Made by a program: the position numbers and the translations under genes. Source: Bacteroidales bacterium (GTDB lineage: Bacteria > Bacteroidota > Bacteroidia > Bacteroidales > VadinHA17). Taken from it: a stretch of DNA of 64,000 nt. The stretch's first letter is position 1. Each line of letters begins with the position of its first letter. The DNA lies in NCBI GenBank assembly GCA_003142255.1, contig PLLO01000001.1:17839-81838 (forward strand), read 5' to 3'. This document shows, piece by piece, positions 50,653 through 60,610 of the stretch. The notes beneath the pieces were generated by a model. That model had not been told where the DNA came from and ran no database searches. It saw nothing but the letters and a program-made list of their open reading frames with translations.

Positions 50653-51765
50653 ATGAAAGCAAAGTCTGTTCTGTTCATTACTATTGCGACCATTCTCTTT
50701 TTGGGTGGATGTGCGCCTAAGCAATCCTTTGATTTAAAAATGACTATTGAACCTCTATCGGGAATTTATACTGAAAAATTCTTCAATTTCGGAGAAACAG
50801 GCAATATCATAACAAAGAGATTGATCAATTTAGGTATCGACAGTGAAAATATAGATCTAAGGACTTTTACGGACAGGATGATTCTCACAATTGCTAAAAT
50901 TGACACCGCAAAGACAGAGGTTGTTGAGAAGCTGATTACTGTACCTGGTAAAATTGAATTCTGGGAGACCTATGAAAACAGTGAGGTTCTGCCATTTCTA
51001 TTACAAGCAAATATCCGACTGGGGGAAATGAAGGTAAATGCTGACGATGTTGCCGAAGAAAAGGCAAAAGAGACAATTGCCGTTGATACATCGCTAAAGG
51101 AGAACTCAGAAATCACTGATCTTATAAATGCGGATACTACTGGGGATGCATCTGCGAAAGAGTATAAAATAAATAATCCTCTTTTCGCCATCCTTAATCC
51201 CAGAATCGATGCAAATGGACAGCCCCTTCAATCCTGCCTGATCGGCCTGGTTGCCTTAAAAGACACTGCAAAGGTGAACAGGTACCTGGGGATGAAGGAA
51301 TTAAATTACATTTTTCCCCGTGACCTTAGATTTTACTGGAGCCATAGTCCTTATAAATATGATGAGACACAAACTTTATTTGAGCTTCATGCAATCAAAG
51401 CTACTTACCTTCTTGGGGATGCTCCTCTCAGCGGTGACGTGATTGTCTCAGCTAAAGCAATAACGATTAAGAACAGATCGGATGTCAGGCTTGACCTTTC
51501 AATGAATCATGAAGGAGCGATGAAATGGGGGAATATTACCAAAGAAAACATTAATCGCTGTATTGCAGTTGTGATAGATGGCTATGTCCGTTCCTATCCG
51601 AGGGTTATGAACGAGATTACAGGAGGCAATACCGAAATTACCGGAAATTTCTCATTGGCTGAAGCCCAGTATCTTTCGGCTATTTTAAGTTCAGGGAGTG
51701 AAATTCCGCCTTTAAAGCTTCAGGTTATCGGGAAACAGGTTTTGCAACACAAAAAAGATCCTTAG
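50653..51765 (+). CDS. Lipoprotein consisting of SecD-like periplasmic P1/head domains only
   Basis: Lipobox LGG-C; IEFWETY; PLSGDVIVSA; GAMKWGNITKENINRCIAVVIDG; ITGGNTEITGNFS..EAQYLSAILSSG; no SecD TM domain. Confidence 0.78.
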   Translation: MKAKSVLFITIATILFLGGCAPKQSFDLKMTIEPLSGIYTEKFFNFGETGNIITKRLINLGIDSENIDLRTFTDRMILTIAKIDTAKTEVVEKLITVPGKIEFWETYENSEVLPFLLQANIRLGEMKVNADDVAEEKAKETIAVDTSLKENSEITDLINADTTGDASAKEYKINNPLFAILNPRIDANGQPLQSCLIGLVALKDTAKVNRYLGMKELNYIFPRDLRFYWSHSPYKYDETQTLFELHAIKATYLLGDAPLSGDVIVSAKAITIKNRSDVRLDLSMNHEGAMKWGNITKENINRCIAVVIDGYVRSYPRVMNEITGGNTEITGNFSLAEAQYLSAILSSGSEIPPLKLQVIGKQVLQHKKDP

Positions 51766-53075
51766 TACTTCGGCAATGCGAACCCGTTGTTATAATGCGG
51801 GATTATCAGCTTATTTGCTGCTGATGATGTAAACTGTTGCTTCTCATTATTCCATGATACCTTTTCACCTGTTCTGTATGCTATATTTCCCATCTGGGCA
51901 ACAAGCGCAACATTGCGTCCGATATCAATCCCGGCATTAAGTTTCTGCGGGGTGTTGTTTTTTAGGCAGTCGAGGTAATTTCTTACATGGATGTCAAGCC
52001 CGACCCCGACATTTTTCTGGACAGGTACAGCTTCAATCTTTTGTTTTTCAGGGATCACTTCCCAGCCGTTCCTGTCAAGAACAAGGGTACCGTTCTCACC
52101 GGTATATGCCATTCCGTGAGGTCTGTTCCAGTTGCCAAGGCCTATGCCGATAGTATGTTCCCAAATCATGGTGAAATCCTTGAAGTCGTACACGGCAGTC
52201 ATAGTGTCAGGGGTCACCATATCGTCATCCGGGAACGCATATTTTCCTCCAATGGCCATCACTGATTCCGGGATCGATTTATTCATTCCGTAAAGTATAT
52301 AATCGATCAGGTGGACACCCCAGTCGGTCATTAACCCATTGCCATACTCCCAGTACCATCTCCATGTAAAGTGGAACCTGTTTTTATTGAAAGGCCTTTT
52401 TGGTGCCGGTCCGAGCCACATGTTATAATCGACACCATCGGGAACCGGTGAATCAGAAACTTTTGGAACTGGTCCCTTCCAGTCAACAAACGACCATGCC
52501 TTGCAGACGCGTATCCGTCCAAGCTTGCCTGATCTCAGGTACTTGACAGCATCGACAAAATGAGGCTGGCTTCTCTGCCACTGGCCGACCTGGACAATCT
52601 TCCCGGACTTTTTAACGGCCTTGTGCATTATATTGATCTCAGCAATTGAATTGCCGATTGGTTTTTCAACATAAGCATGCTTGCCTGCTTCGAGAGCGTC
52701 ACACAAAATAAGGCAATGCCAGTGATCAGGGGTTCCTATGATTATGGCATCAATATCCTTGTTCTCAAGCATCTTACGGTAATCGACATATAGCTTTGGT
52801 TTAGGGCGTCCCATTTTTACTATGTCGTCTGTGCGCCTGTTCAGAACATTCCGGTCAACATCGCATAAGGCGACACATTCCACGTCGGGGTTACTGAGGA
52901 ATGATGAAAGGTCGCTCCAGCCCATGCTGTTTCCCCCAACGAGGGCCACTTGTATTTTATCGGAAGGAGCAATATTCATTCTAGACTTGGAAAGTGCATC
53001 AATCGGGAGCATTGAACCGGCTGCCAGTACAGATGCCGTTTTTATAAAATTTCTACGGGTGGATGTCATACGCAT
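51762..53075 (-). CDS. Tat-exported Gfo/Idh/MocA oxidoreductase
   Basis: TRRNFIK twin-arginine signal; IGTPDHWH; YVEKP; DWGVHLID. Confidence 0.92.
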   Translation of the reverse strand: MRMTSTRRNFIKTASVLAAGSMLPIDALSKSRMNIAPSDKIQVALVGGNSMGWSDLSSFLSNPDVECVALCDVDRNVLNRRTDDIVKMGRPKPKLYVDYRKMLENKDIDAIIIGTPDHWHCLILCDALEAGKHAYVEKPIGNSIAEINIMHKAVKKSGKIVQVGQWQRSQPHFVDAVKYLRSGKLGRIRVCKAWSFVDWKGPVPKVSDSPVPDGVDYNMWLGPAPKRPFNKNRFHFTWRWYWEYGNGLMTDWGVHLIDYILYGMNKSIPESVMAIGGKYAFPDDDMVTPDTMTAVYDFKDFTMIWEHTIGIGLGNWNRPHGMAYTGENGTLVLDRNGWEVIPEKQKIEAVPVQKNVGVGLDIHVRNYLDCLKNNTPQKLNAGIDIGRNVALVAQMGNIAYRTGEKVSWNNEKQQFTSSAANKLIIPHYNNGFALPKY

Positions 53076-53143
53076 TTTATTAAAGCACCGAAAGGTAATA
53101 TTTAAATAAATAATCCCCGACCATTGAAATATTAAAAAATATT

Positions 53144-53185
53144 AAAAACCCCCTTCACTCCTGCAAAGCAGAAATGAAGGGGGTT
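53144..53185 (-). terminator. Intrinsic terminator after the M16 peptidase gene
   Basis: AACCCCCTTCA/TGAAGGGGGTT stem followed by a T-run on the minus strand. Confidence 0.65.
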
Positions 53186-53209
53186 GAATAAGTTGTGTCG
53201 GCAATAAGC

Positions 53210-56059
53210 CTATTGAGCAGGTTTGAAAATCAGGTCAACAACATCAGCCTTCCTGAACATTTTCCCTGATAGTTTTTTGATGTCATTGACGGTAAAGGAT
53301 TTTAAGATATCCTCATAATTCTTTGGATCATTTGAATTGATACCGTAGCTATAATACTTGTTGAAAGTGCTGACCCAGTATGAGTTATGCATTTTATTTT
53401 CCTCGCGGTTCTTAAGAAGGTTATTCACTGTCTTATCGAGGTTCACCTTGCTTGGTCCTATTTGAACGAGGCTGTCTATTTGCCTGTAAATAATTGCTTT
53501 GAGATCATTGGCGCGGACAGGATTGCAATCGAAGGTAATATTTCCCTCTGCTTTTTGTTCAGGCCTTTTAACACCGGCAATGCCTATCTGAACACCATAT
53601 GTGCCTCCCTGGTCCTCCCTGACTTTTTCAGTATAAACAAGATCAAGGATGCCCTGTATTACCTGTAACCCAAGATAATTAAACGGTTTATATTTCATAT
53701 CGGAGGATAAAGAGATATAAACGGTCGATTTCGGAATTGTGAGAGACATGCTTATCTCTTTGGTAATTTTCCCTTTGGGCTGGTTTACCTTCCTGTCGAT
53801 CCAGGTCTCCTTGCGATTCGAAACGGGTAATGAACCAATATATTTTTCGACCATCGGAAGGACTACCTCTTTATCAACGTTTCCCACAATGAAGAATGTG
53901 AATTCGTCAGCTCCATGGAACCTGTCCTGATATACTTTCTGAACCTGTTCCATTGTTATCTTCGATATATTATCCTTGGTAAGAATAATTGTCCTCGGAT
54001 TATATCCTGTTGTGATAAGCGAGACGCTGTCACTTTTTATTTTTTCGGGATTCTTTTCCTGGGCCCCTATCATAGAGGCAAATCTTCCAATTATCGAATT
54101 GTGAGCCTGCTGGTCGAATCTTGGTTTAGCCAGCTTGAGATAAAGAAGTTGCATCATGGTCTCGAAATCTTTGGGAGTAGAAGAGCCGCTTACATTTTCT
54201 GTAACCTCTCCAAGCGAAAGGCTAACTGTGGCTTTTTTCCCCGAAAGCATTTTCTGAAGGGTAATATTATCATAATCACCTGCACCGTACATCCCGATTA
54301 TCAATGGCATGAGCATACCAGGCAGCACCAGGTCATTATCGAGCTTTGACAGTCCGCCGAAGCTGAAACCTGAAAGAATGATATTATCCTTTTCATAATC
54401 AGCTTTCCTGTATACCACTTTCACATTGTTTGCCAGTGTCCATTCAACAGCATCAAACTGAGGCAGGGCGACAGTTTTAACAACGGCAGATCCTTTTAGC
54501 TCTTCTGAAACAAGAGATGTCCCCATTGCCTTGTCTTCATAAGGAGTAAGCTTTGCGGTAGTGACTCTATTAATGATGTCCCTTGCTTCCGTTTCAGAAA
54601 GATGCTTTGTATCATCAGCCTCAAGACCCTGCACCACAATTGTTCTGTTCTCATCGGTCATCAGTTCCCTGAATTTTGCTGTGATCTCTTCTGCTGTGAT
54701 CCCGTCCATTACCTGTTTGAAAAACTCCAGATCAAAGTCGGCATTTGTCAGAGGTTCACCTGTAAGAAAATATTGAATTATCCCAGAAACATAAGTATCA
54801 TTTGAGATCTTATCTTTCTGCTTGAATGTGTTTTCAAGGTTTGACAGGTTTCTTGCCTTAGCCCTGTCGAGCTCGGCTTTCCCGAACCCAAAAACCTTCG
54901 CTCTCTGAGCTTCTGTATAAATTGCCTCAAGGGCAACGGCCTCCTCATTCTTGCGGGCATTGGCATAAATTGTGAATGCATCATATTTCCTGGGAATATA
55001 GTTTCCGGCATATACTGAACCCGTAACGAAAGGAGGATCGGGTTTCTGAAGCAGCTCACTTATCCTGACGCCCATCATAGAGTTCATCAGTGAGATTATA
55101 TATGAGTCGCGCAGATACTTCAGGTTTCTGCCTTCGGGAGGGATGTTCTTATAAAGGGAGATTACCGAAACCGAATTCTGGGGAGCCTCCTTATCGGTGG
55201 CAAGAACATAATAAGTATCCTTATGGGAAGGTACATCAGGGAAAAAGCGGACGGAAGGATTTTCTGCCGCAGGGATTTTTGAAAAAAGATCCCTGATCCT
55301 GCCCTCAACCTCATCAACATTTATATCGCCGACGACTGCGATTGCCTGAAGGTCGGGACGATACCACTGATGGTAATAATTTCTTAATGTATTATATGCA
55401 AATGATTTGACGATCTCAGGATCACCAATGACATCCCTTTTTGCATATTTTGAATCTTTTATTACAACCGGAACGATTATCCTGTTGAACATCCTGGAAT
55501 TGGCATCTTCGCCAGTCCGCCATTCCTCGGCAATGACCCCGCGTTCCAGGTCTATCTCTTTGTCATCAAGTGTAAGATAATGTGACCAGTCGTTGAGTAT
55601 CAGCAGGCAGGTATCTACAAGTTCAGGCTTGTCGGACGGAACATTGGAAAGGTTGTAAACTGTTTCATCGTAGGAGGTATATGCATTTATATTATAGCCG
55701 AATGCTACACCATGCTTTTCAAGGCCGTTCAGGATACCTTTACCGGGGAAATGTTCTGTTCCGTTGAATGACATGTGCTCAAGGAAATGGGCAAGGCCAT
55801 TCTGATCGTCATTTTCAAGGACCGCGCCTACATTCTGAATGATATAGAAGCTTGCCCTTTTCTCAGGCTCCTTGTTTTTCCTGATGAAGTAGGTAAGCCC
55901 GTTATTAAGCTTCCCTGTCCTGACTTCCGGATCCATCGGGGCGGGCTTATTAAGATCTGTCTGGGCATAGGTTCCGGTTGTAAGAAGGATAGCTGCAGCC
56001 ATGAACAGCATAAGTTTAAATGATTTCATGAGAATATTGGTTTCAATGATTATAAACAA
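53210..56059 (-). CDS. M16 family zinc metallopeptidase (PqqL-like), secreted
   Basis: Inverted zincin motif HFLEH; NAYTS; ERGVIAEEWR; real start probably MKSFKL, 10 codons downstream. Confidence 0.95.
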   Translation of the reverse strand: MFIIIETNILMKSFKLMLFMAAAILLTTGTYAQTDLNKPAPMDPEVRTGKLNNGLTYFIRKNKEPEKRASFYIIQNVGAVLENDDQNGLAHFLEHMSFNGTEHFPGKGILNGLEKHGVAFGYNINAYTSYDETVYNLSNVPSDKPELVDTCLLILNDWSHYLTLDDKEIDLERGVIAEEWRTGEDANSRMFNRIIVPVVIKDSKYAKRDVIGDPEIVKSFAYNTLRNYYHQWYRPDLQAIAVVGDINVDEVEGRIRDLFSKIPAAENPSVRFFPDVPSHKDTYYVLATDKEAPQNSVSVISLYKNIPPEGRNLKYLRDSYIISLMNSMMGVRISELLQKPDPPFVTGSVYAGNYIPRKYDAFTIYANARKNEEAVALEAIYTEAQRAKVFGFGKAELDRAKARNLSNLENTFKQKDKISNDTYVSGIIQYFLTGEPLTNADFDLEFFKQVMDGITAEEITAKFRELMTDENRTIVVQGLEADDTKHLSETEARDIINRVTTAKLTPYEDKAMGTSLVSEELKGSAVVKTVALPQFDAVEWTLANNVKVVYRKADYEKDNIILSGFSFGGLSKLDNDLVLPGMLMPLIIGMYGAGDYDNITLQKMLSGKKATVSLSLGEVTENVSGSSTPKDFETMMQLLYLKLAKPRFDQQAHNSIIGRFASMIGAQEKNPEKIKSDSVSLITTGYNPRTIILTKDNISKITMEQVQKVYQDRFHGADEFTFFIVGNVDKEVVLPMVEKYIGSLPVSNRKETWIDRKVNQPKGKITKEISMSLTIPKSTVYISLSSDMKYKPFNYLGLQVIQGILDLVYTEKVREDQGGTYGVQIGIAGVKRPEQKAEGNITFDCNPVRANDLKAIIYRQIDSLVQIGPSKVNLDKTVNNLLKNREENKMHNSYWVSTFNKYYSYGINSNDPKNYEDILKSFTVNDIKKLSGKMFRKADVVDLIFKPAQ

Positions 56060-56127
56060 AAATGATCATCGTATTTGCAGTCGATGAAAAGTAAAGTTAA
56101 ACAACTAAAGGGAAGAACTCAAAAAAA

Positions 56128-56742
56128 TTAAAAAAGTCCGTGCAGTTCGGCATCGATCTTATCGATTACCTCAGCGAGGTGATCCTTATTATTGGGGAAA
56201 TTATAATGATCAGCTTCCACGATCAGGAGCTTCCCAAGATTATAAGTTTCAATCCACGCCTCATATCTTTCGTTCAGCCTTTTCAGGTAATCGATGCGGA
56301 TAGAGCTCTCATATTCACGCCCGCGCTTCTGGATGTTGTTTACCAGAGTCGGAACGGAAGCCCTCAGGTAGAGAAGAAGGTCCGGCGGCTTTACGAGTGA
56401 GCTCATCAGTTTGAAAAGGGTTGAATAATTTTCAAAGTCGCGGGTCGACATTAATCCCATCGAATGAAGGTTAGGAGCAAATATCTCTGCATCCTCGTAA
56501 ATTGTCCTGTCCTGGACAATAGGCTTGTCTGACTTCTTGATTTCAAGCACCTGGGTGAACCGGGAGTTAAGAAAATAAATCTGAAGGTTAAAGGACCAGC
56601 GAAGCATGTCTTCGTAAAAGTCGTTGAGATAAGGGTTATAATCAACATCTTCATAATACGGTGTCCAGCCATAATGCTTGGCAAGCAACCCTGCCAGCGT
56701 TGTTTTACCCGATCCTATATTTCCTGCAATTGCAATGTGCAT
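56128..56742 (-). CDS. Deoxynucleoside kinase
   Basis: IAGNIGSGKTT, QDRTIYED, KRGREYE. Confidence 0.95.
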   Translation of the reverse strand: MHIAIAGNIGSGKTTLAGLLAKHYGWTPYYEDVDYNPYLNDFYEDMLRWSFNLQIYFLNSRFTQVLEIKKSDKPIVQDRTIYEDAEIFAPNLHSMGLMSTRDFENYSTLFKLMSSLVKPPDLLLYLRASVPTLVNNIQKRGREYESSIRIDYLKRLNERYEAWIETYNLGKLLIVEADHYNFPNNKDHLAEVIDKIDAELHGLF

Positions 56743-56807
56743 GATTGAATGCTTTTATTTTATAAAATTACAAAAAAACTTCAGTTCACTGCTAAGTTTT
56801 AATCACT

Positions 56808-58328
56808 TCAGGATTTTATTCCTGAAACCGTAAATATTTCCTCAATGTACTCCCTTGAGTTAGATAATCTTGGAACCTTATTCTGCCCGCCAAGTTTATT
56901 TTTTGTTTTAAGCCATTTGTTGAAAGTTCCCCTGGGCACACTTCTTACCAAAGGTCTGACAAGATTTATATCCCTGAATCTTTTAGCTTCATAATCGGAA
57001 TTGACGGATTTAAGGGTTTCATCAAGCACTTCTGTGAATCTGTCAAGATCCGAAGGGTCTTTTTCAAATTCAATTATCCATTCATGTGTGCCTTTTGATG
57101 ATACCCCCATAAATACAGGACCTGCCGTGTATTCTGAAATAATTGCACCGGTAGCTTTGCATGCAGCGTCGAGCGCCATTTCGGCATTTTCGACGATGAC
57201 CTCTTCGCCAAAAGCATTAATGAAGTGTTTTGTTCGTCCTGATATCCTGAAACGGTAAGGGTCGGTATTTGTAAAAACAACGGTATCGCCTATCATATAT
57301 CGCCAGAGGCCGCTGTTGGTAGAGATAACAATAGCATAATTCACCCCTTTCTCAACTTCAGCCAGAGTTAAAGAAAGAGGAAAATCGCCGGAGATCTTGT
57401 CGGACGGGATAAACTCATAAAAAATCCCGTAATCGAGCATAAGAAGCATGTCTGTTTGTGCGGGATCATCCTGTATACCGAAAAACCCTTCAGATGCGTT
57501 ATAGGTTTCCATGTAATGCATCTTGTCGCCGGCAATCAGCTCCCGGTAAATTTCACGGTATGGCGTAAAGCTTATCCCTCCGTGAAAGAACACTTCAAGA
57601 TTTGGCCATACGTCCAGGAGGTTGGTCTTTCCGGTATAGGATAAAATATGTTTGATAAGCGTAAGATACCAGGAAGGTACTCCGGAGAAATTAGTGACAT
57701 TCTCCTTAGCTGTTTTTTTTGTTATGAGATCAAGCTTCTGCTCAAAATCTTCGATCAATGCAATTTTTTTCCCAGGAGTTCTTATCAGTTCAACCCATGA
57801 CGGGGCATTTTCAATAAGAATTGCAGACAGATCTCCATAGAGTGACTGGTTGCTGAATTTGTTTATACAATGGCTGCCGCCAAGGGTCAGAGCCTTGCCG
57901 CTGAAGATGTGCGTCGTCGGATAATTAAGGGTATATATGGCAAGAATGTCCCTGGCCGCCTGGTAATGGCAATGCTCCAGGGCATCCTGGCTTACAGGTA
58001 TGAATTTGCTTTTGGATGAAGTGGTTCCGGATGATTTTGCAAACCATTTTATTTCACCAGGCCAGAGCAGATCCTTCTCTCCTGCCCGCAACCTCTCTAT
58101 CATTGGAATTATTTTCTCATATGTCTGGACCGGAACTGCCAAACGGTATTCATCTGCTGATTTTATTGAAGCATAATTATATTTTGATCCCCATTCAGTA
58201 TCCGAAGCTCTGGCAAGGATATCTGAAAGAACAGTCTGCTGGGTATCGGCAGGATGACGCTTAAAGTATTCAATCTGACTTATACGCTTGGTATTGAGCC
58301 GCTTGATCAGTTTAGGAATTACCGGCAT
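56808..58328 (-). CDS. GH3 auxin-responsive-family acyl-amido synthetase-like protein
   Basis: KSSGTT, YNASEGFF, GLWRYMIGD, GGQNKVPRL. Confidence 0.93.
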   Translation of the reverse strand: MPVIPKLIKRLNTKRISQIEYFKRHPADTQQTVLSDILARASDTEWGSKYNYASIKSADEYRLAVPVQTYEKIIPMIERLRAGEKDLLWPGEIKWFAKSSGTTSSKSKFIPVSQDALEHCHYQAARDILAIYTLNYPTTHIFSGKALTLGGSHCINKFSNQSLYGDLSAILIENAPSWVELIRTPGKKIALIEDFEQKLDLITKKTAKENVTNFSGVPSWYLTLIKHILSYTGKTNLLDVWPNLEVFFHGGISFTPYREIYRELIAGDKMHYMETYNASEGFFGIQDDPAQTDMLLMLDYGIFYEFIPSDKISGDFPLSLTLAEVEKGVNYAIVISTNSGLWRYMIGDTVVFTNTDPYRFRISGRTKHFINAFGEEVIVENAEMALDAACKATGAIISEYTAGPVFMGVSSKGTHEWIIEFEKDPSDLDRFTEVLDETLKSVNSDYEAKRFRDINLVRPLVRSVPRGTFNKWLKTKNKLGGQNKVPRLSNSREYIEEIFTVSGIKS

Positions 58329-58378
58329 ATAAAATCTGATTAATCCTTAAAGATAATAAAAAACAGAAGTTATTTTGT

Positions 58379-59104
58379 TCAGCTGAAAACCTCTTTAAGA
58401 ACTTCAAGGGATCTGATTTTTTTTAGTCCCGGCAGATGAAGTGAATAGTAATTGACAAGTGTTTCAAGTACCTCATTCCTGAATGATCCGGTAAGCGGAA
58501 TATCTTTTATCTGTTCGTAAGATGAGGAAAAAAACAGGGAAAGAACCTGAGACACTTCCCGGCTTGCATAACTTCCATTGAGAGGCGGGGTCGGAACAAA
58601 AATGCCGTTTAGCATATCAAAAAAGTAATCATCGGGACTAACTCTTTTTGCGGGTTCAAATCCCAGGTAACTGCTCAGTCCGGCAAGAAAAGCAATATGA
58701 AAATTAGCGTATCCTTCGGTACACCTGTCGAAATACATGACCGATTCTTCAATAAAATCAAAAAGTTCTTCATTCGGGCTCTCTTCCCGGAGAACCGAAG
58801 TGAGTACCTCGCCAAGAAAAATTGCAACACTGCTCTTTTTGATGTTCGAATAAATATCGGCAGGCGTGTAGGAAACAGAGTACTCCCTGAGGGTCTGCAA
58901 GCTTCTTGATTCCTTGTTATATGCTATCAGATCGAGTATGAACATCGACTGAAGGAAGACAGTATGCCTGCCGGCTTTTTTATTCCTTGCACCACGGATC
59001 AGAAAAGATCTTCGGCCGTACTTTCGTGTATATAGCTGTGCTACAATACCTGAATCAGTATATTTTATCTGGTGCAGGACTATTCCCTTTGTCTTCTCAA
59101 TCAT
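58379..59104 (-). CDS. recO: DNA repair protein RecO
   Basis: TKGIVLHQIKYTDSGIV OB-fold start; SYLGFEP; YYSLH...KSLEVL-type C-terminus; TATTTTTG promoter motif at 59121-59128. Confidence 0.93.
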   Translation of the reverse strand: MIEKTKGIVLHQIKYTDSGIVAQLYTRKYGRRSFLIRGARNKKAGRHTVFLQSMFILDLIAYNKESRSLQTLREYSVSYTPADIYSNIKKSSVAIFLGEVLTSVLREESPNEELFDFIEESVMYFDRCTEGYANFHIAFLAGLSSYLGFEPAKRVSPDDYFFDMLNGIFVPTPPLNGSYASREVSQVLSLFFSSSYEQIKDIPLTGSFRNEVLETLVNYYSLHLPGLKKIRSLEVLKEVFS

Positions 59105-59202
59105 CAGAACTCTCTTTGTTCAAAAATACAACATTTTGATAATTCTTTTTGTTGAGGTGTAAATAAGGAAATTAGTATATTTACTGTTCAACAAATTCCG
59201 TT

Positions 59203-60609
59203 ATGGCTGCCAACGATAATGATGAACTGGTAAAAAGGATAGCCAAGCTGGCCCGTCAAAACCAGGAACTTGAAGATCATATCAAGAAGCTGGAGAAGCA
59301 GAATGAAAAACTTACCAGTGATAATGAAAAATTAAAGGCTCGTTCCGAGAGAGTCTCCCCTGCTGCCCCTAAAGAAACGGGGGAAGGAGATAAGAAGGAA
59401 AAGTCGCTGAAGTTCAATATGGCGACAGTTCTCTTCGCAGATATTCATGGATTTTCGAAGCTTGTTGAAGGTATGGATTCATCTGCGATAATGGATGAGC
59501 TTGATGAGATACTTTATGAATTTGATGCTATTGTTGCCAAGTACAAAATTGAAAAAATCAAAACTATTGGCGACACCTATATGTGTGCCGGAGGCATTCC
59601 TAATAAAAACATTACGAACCCGATTGATGTCGTCATGGCGGCAATGGAGATGCGCAATTTCCTCGAAAATTATGAGATCGGCAAAAGAGGCAGCGAACAC
59701 AGGATATGGGACCTGAAAATCGGAATTCATACCGGACCGGTCACAGCTTCGATTTCAGGAAAGAAAAAAGTCAGCTACGATATAAAGGGAGATACGGTAA
59801 ATACGGCAAGCCGGGTTGAAGCTATCTCTGAAAAGGGCATGATACTTATCTCGGTGATGACTTACGAGCTCGTCAAGGAATTCTTCGATTGCGAATATTT
59901 CGGGAAACTTCCCGTCAAATACAAGGGAGACCTGCAGATGTATAGGGTGAAAGGTCTTAAGCTGGAGTTCTCGGTTGACGAATTGGGGAAATTGCCCAAC
60001 GATGCATTCAAGGTGAAATTCGGGCTTATTCAGTTCACCGATATACAGGAAATTATTCTCGATAAACTTGAAAGGGAGCTGCCCGGTTATCTCTTCTATC
60101 ATAATGTAAAGCATACTGTTGATGTTGTCACTGAAGTTGAACTTATTGGCTGGGCGGAGGGTTGCTCTGATGAAGAAATTCTCCTGCTGAAGACAGCAGG
60201 CTTGTTCCATGATGCAGGTCACACGGTGGTTTACGACGGCCATGAATATCAGGGAACCTTTATTGCACGCGAGATGCTTCCAAAATATAATTACAGCCCG
60301 GCTCAGATCGACAGGATCTGTGAAATAATAATGTCGACCAAGCTTCCTCCTAAACCAACCAACCTGCTTGAGGATATTATCTGTGACTCCGACCTTGATT
60401 ATCTTGGGAGAAGTGATTTTATCCCTGTTTCAAATACACTTTTCGAGGAGCTGAAGGCTCAGAATAAAATGGGATCCCTGAATGACTGGAACAGGATTCA
60501 GGTCAAATTCATCTCTGGTCATCAATATTTTACCAAGACTGCAAGAAGCCTGAGAGAAGTCAATAAACAACTTCAGATAGACAGGATACAAAGCCTGATT
60601 ACAGAGTAG
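59203..60609 (+). CDS. Coiled-coil, class III adenylate/guanylate cyclase and HD-domain fusion protein
   Basis: Heptad-rich N-terminus; FADIHGFS, EKIKTIGDTYM, GIHTGPV, YDIKGDTVNTASR; HD domain YHNVKHT..FHDAGH..CDSDLDY. Confidence 0.92.
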   Translation: MAANDNDELVKRIAKLARQNQELEDHIKKLEKQNEKLTSDNEKLKARSERVSPAAPKETGEGDKKEKSLKFNMATVLFADIHGFSKLVEGMDSSAIMDELDEILYEFDAIVAKYKIEKIKTIGDTYMCAGGIPNKNITNPIDVVMAAMEMRNFLENYEIGKRGSEHRIWDLKIGIHTGPVTASISGKKKVSYDIKGDTVNTASRVEAISEKGMILISVMTYELVKEFFDCEYFGKLPVKYKGDLQMYRVKGLKLEFSVDELGKLPNDAFKVKFGLIQFTDIQEIILDKLERELPGYLFYHNVKHTVDVVTEVELIGWAEGCSDEEILLLKTAGLFHDAGHTVVYDGHEYQGTFIAREMLPKYNYSPAQIDRICEIIMSTKLPPKPTNLLEDIICDSDLDYLGRSDFIPVSNTLFEELKAQNKMGSLNDWNRIQVKFISGHQYFTKTARSLREVNKQLQIDRIQSLITE

Positions 60610-60610
60610 A

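Noticed and set aside
56808-58328. GH3 as a plant-derived auxin-conjugating gene
   Set aside because: GH3 homologs are common native Bacteroidota genes and the context here is housekeeping
59203-60609. Cyclase as a Pycsar or CBASS anti-phage system
   Set aside because: It retains purine (ATP)-type specificity residues, has no adjacent TIR or TM effector gene, and sits among core genes
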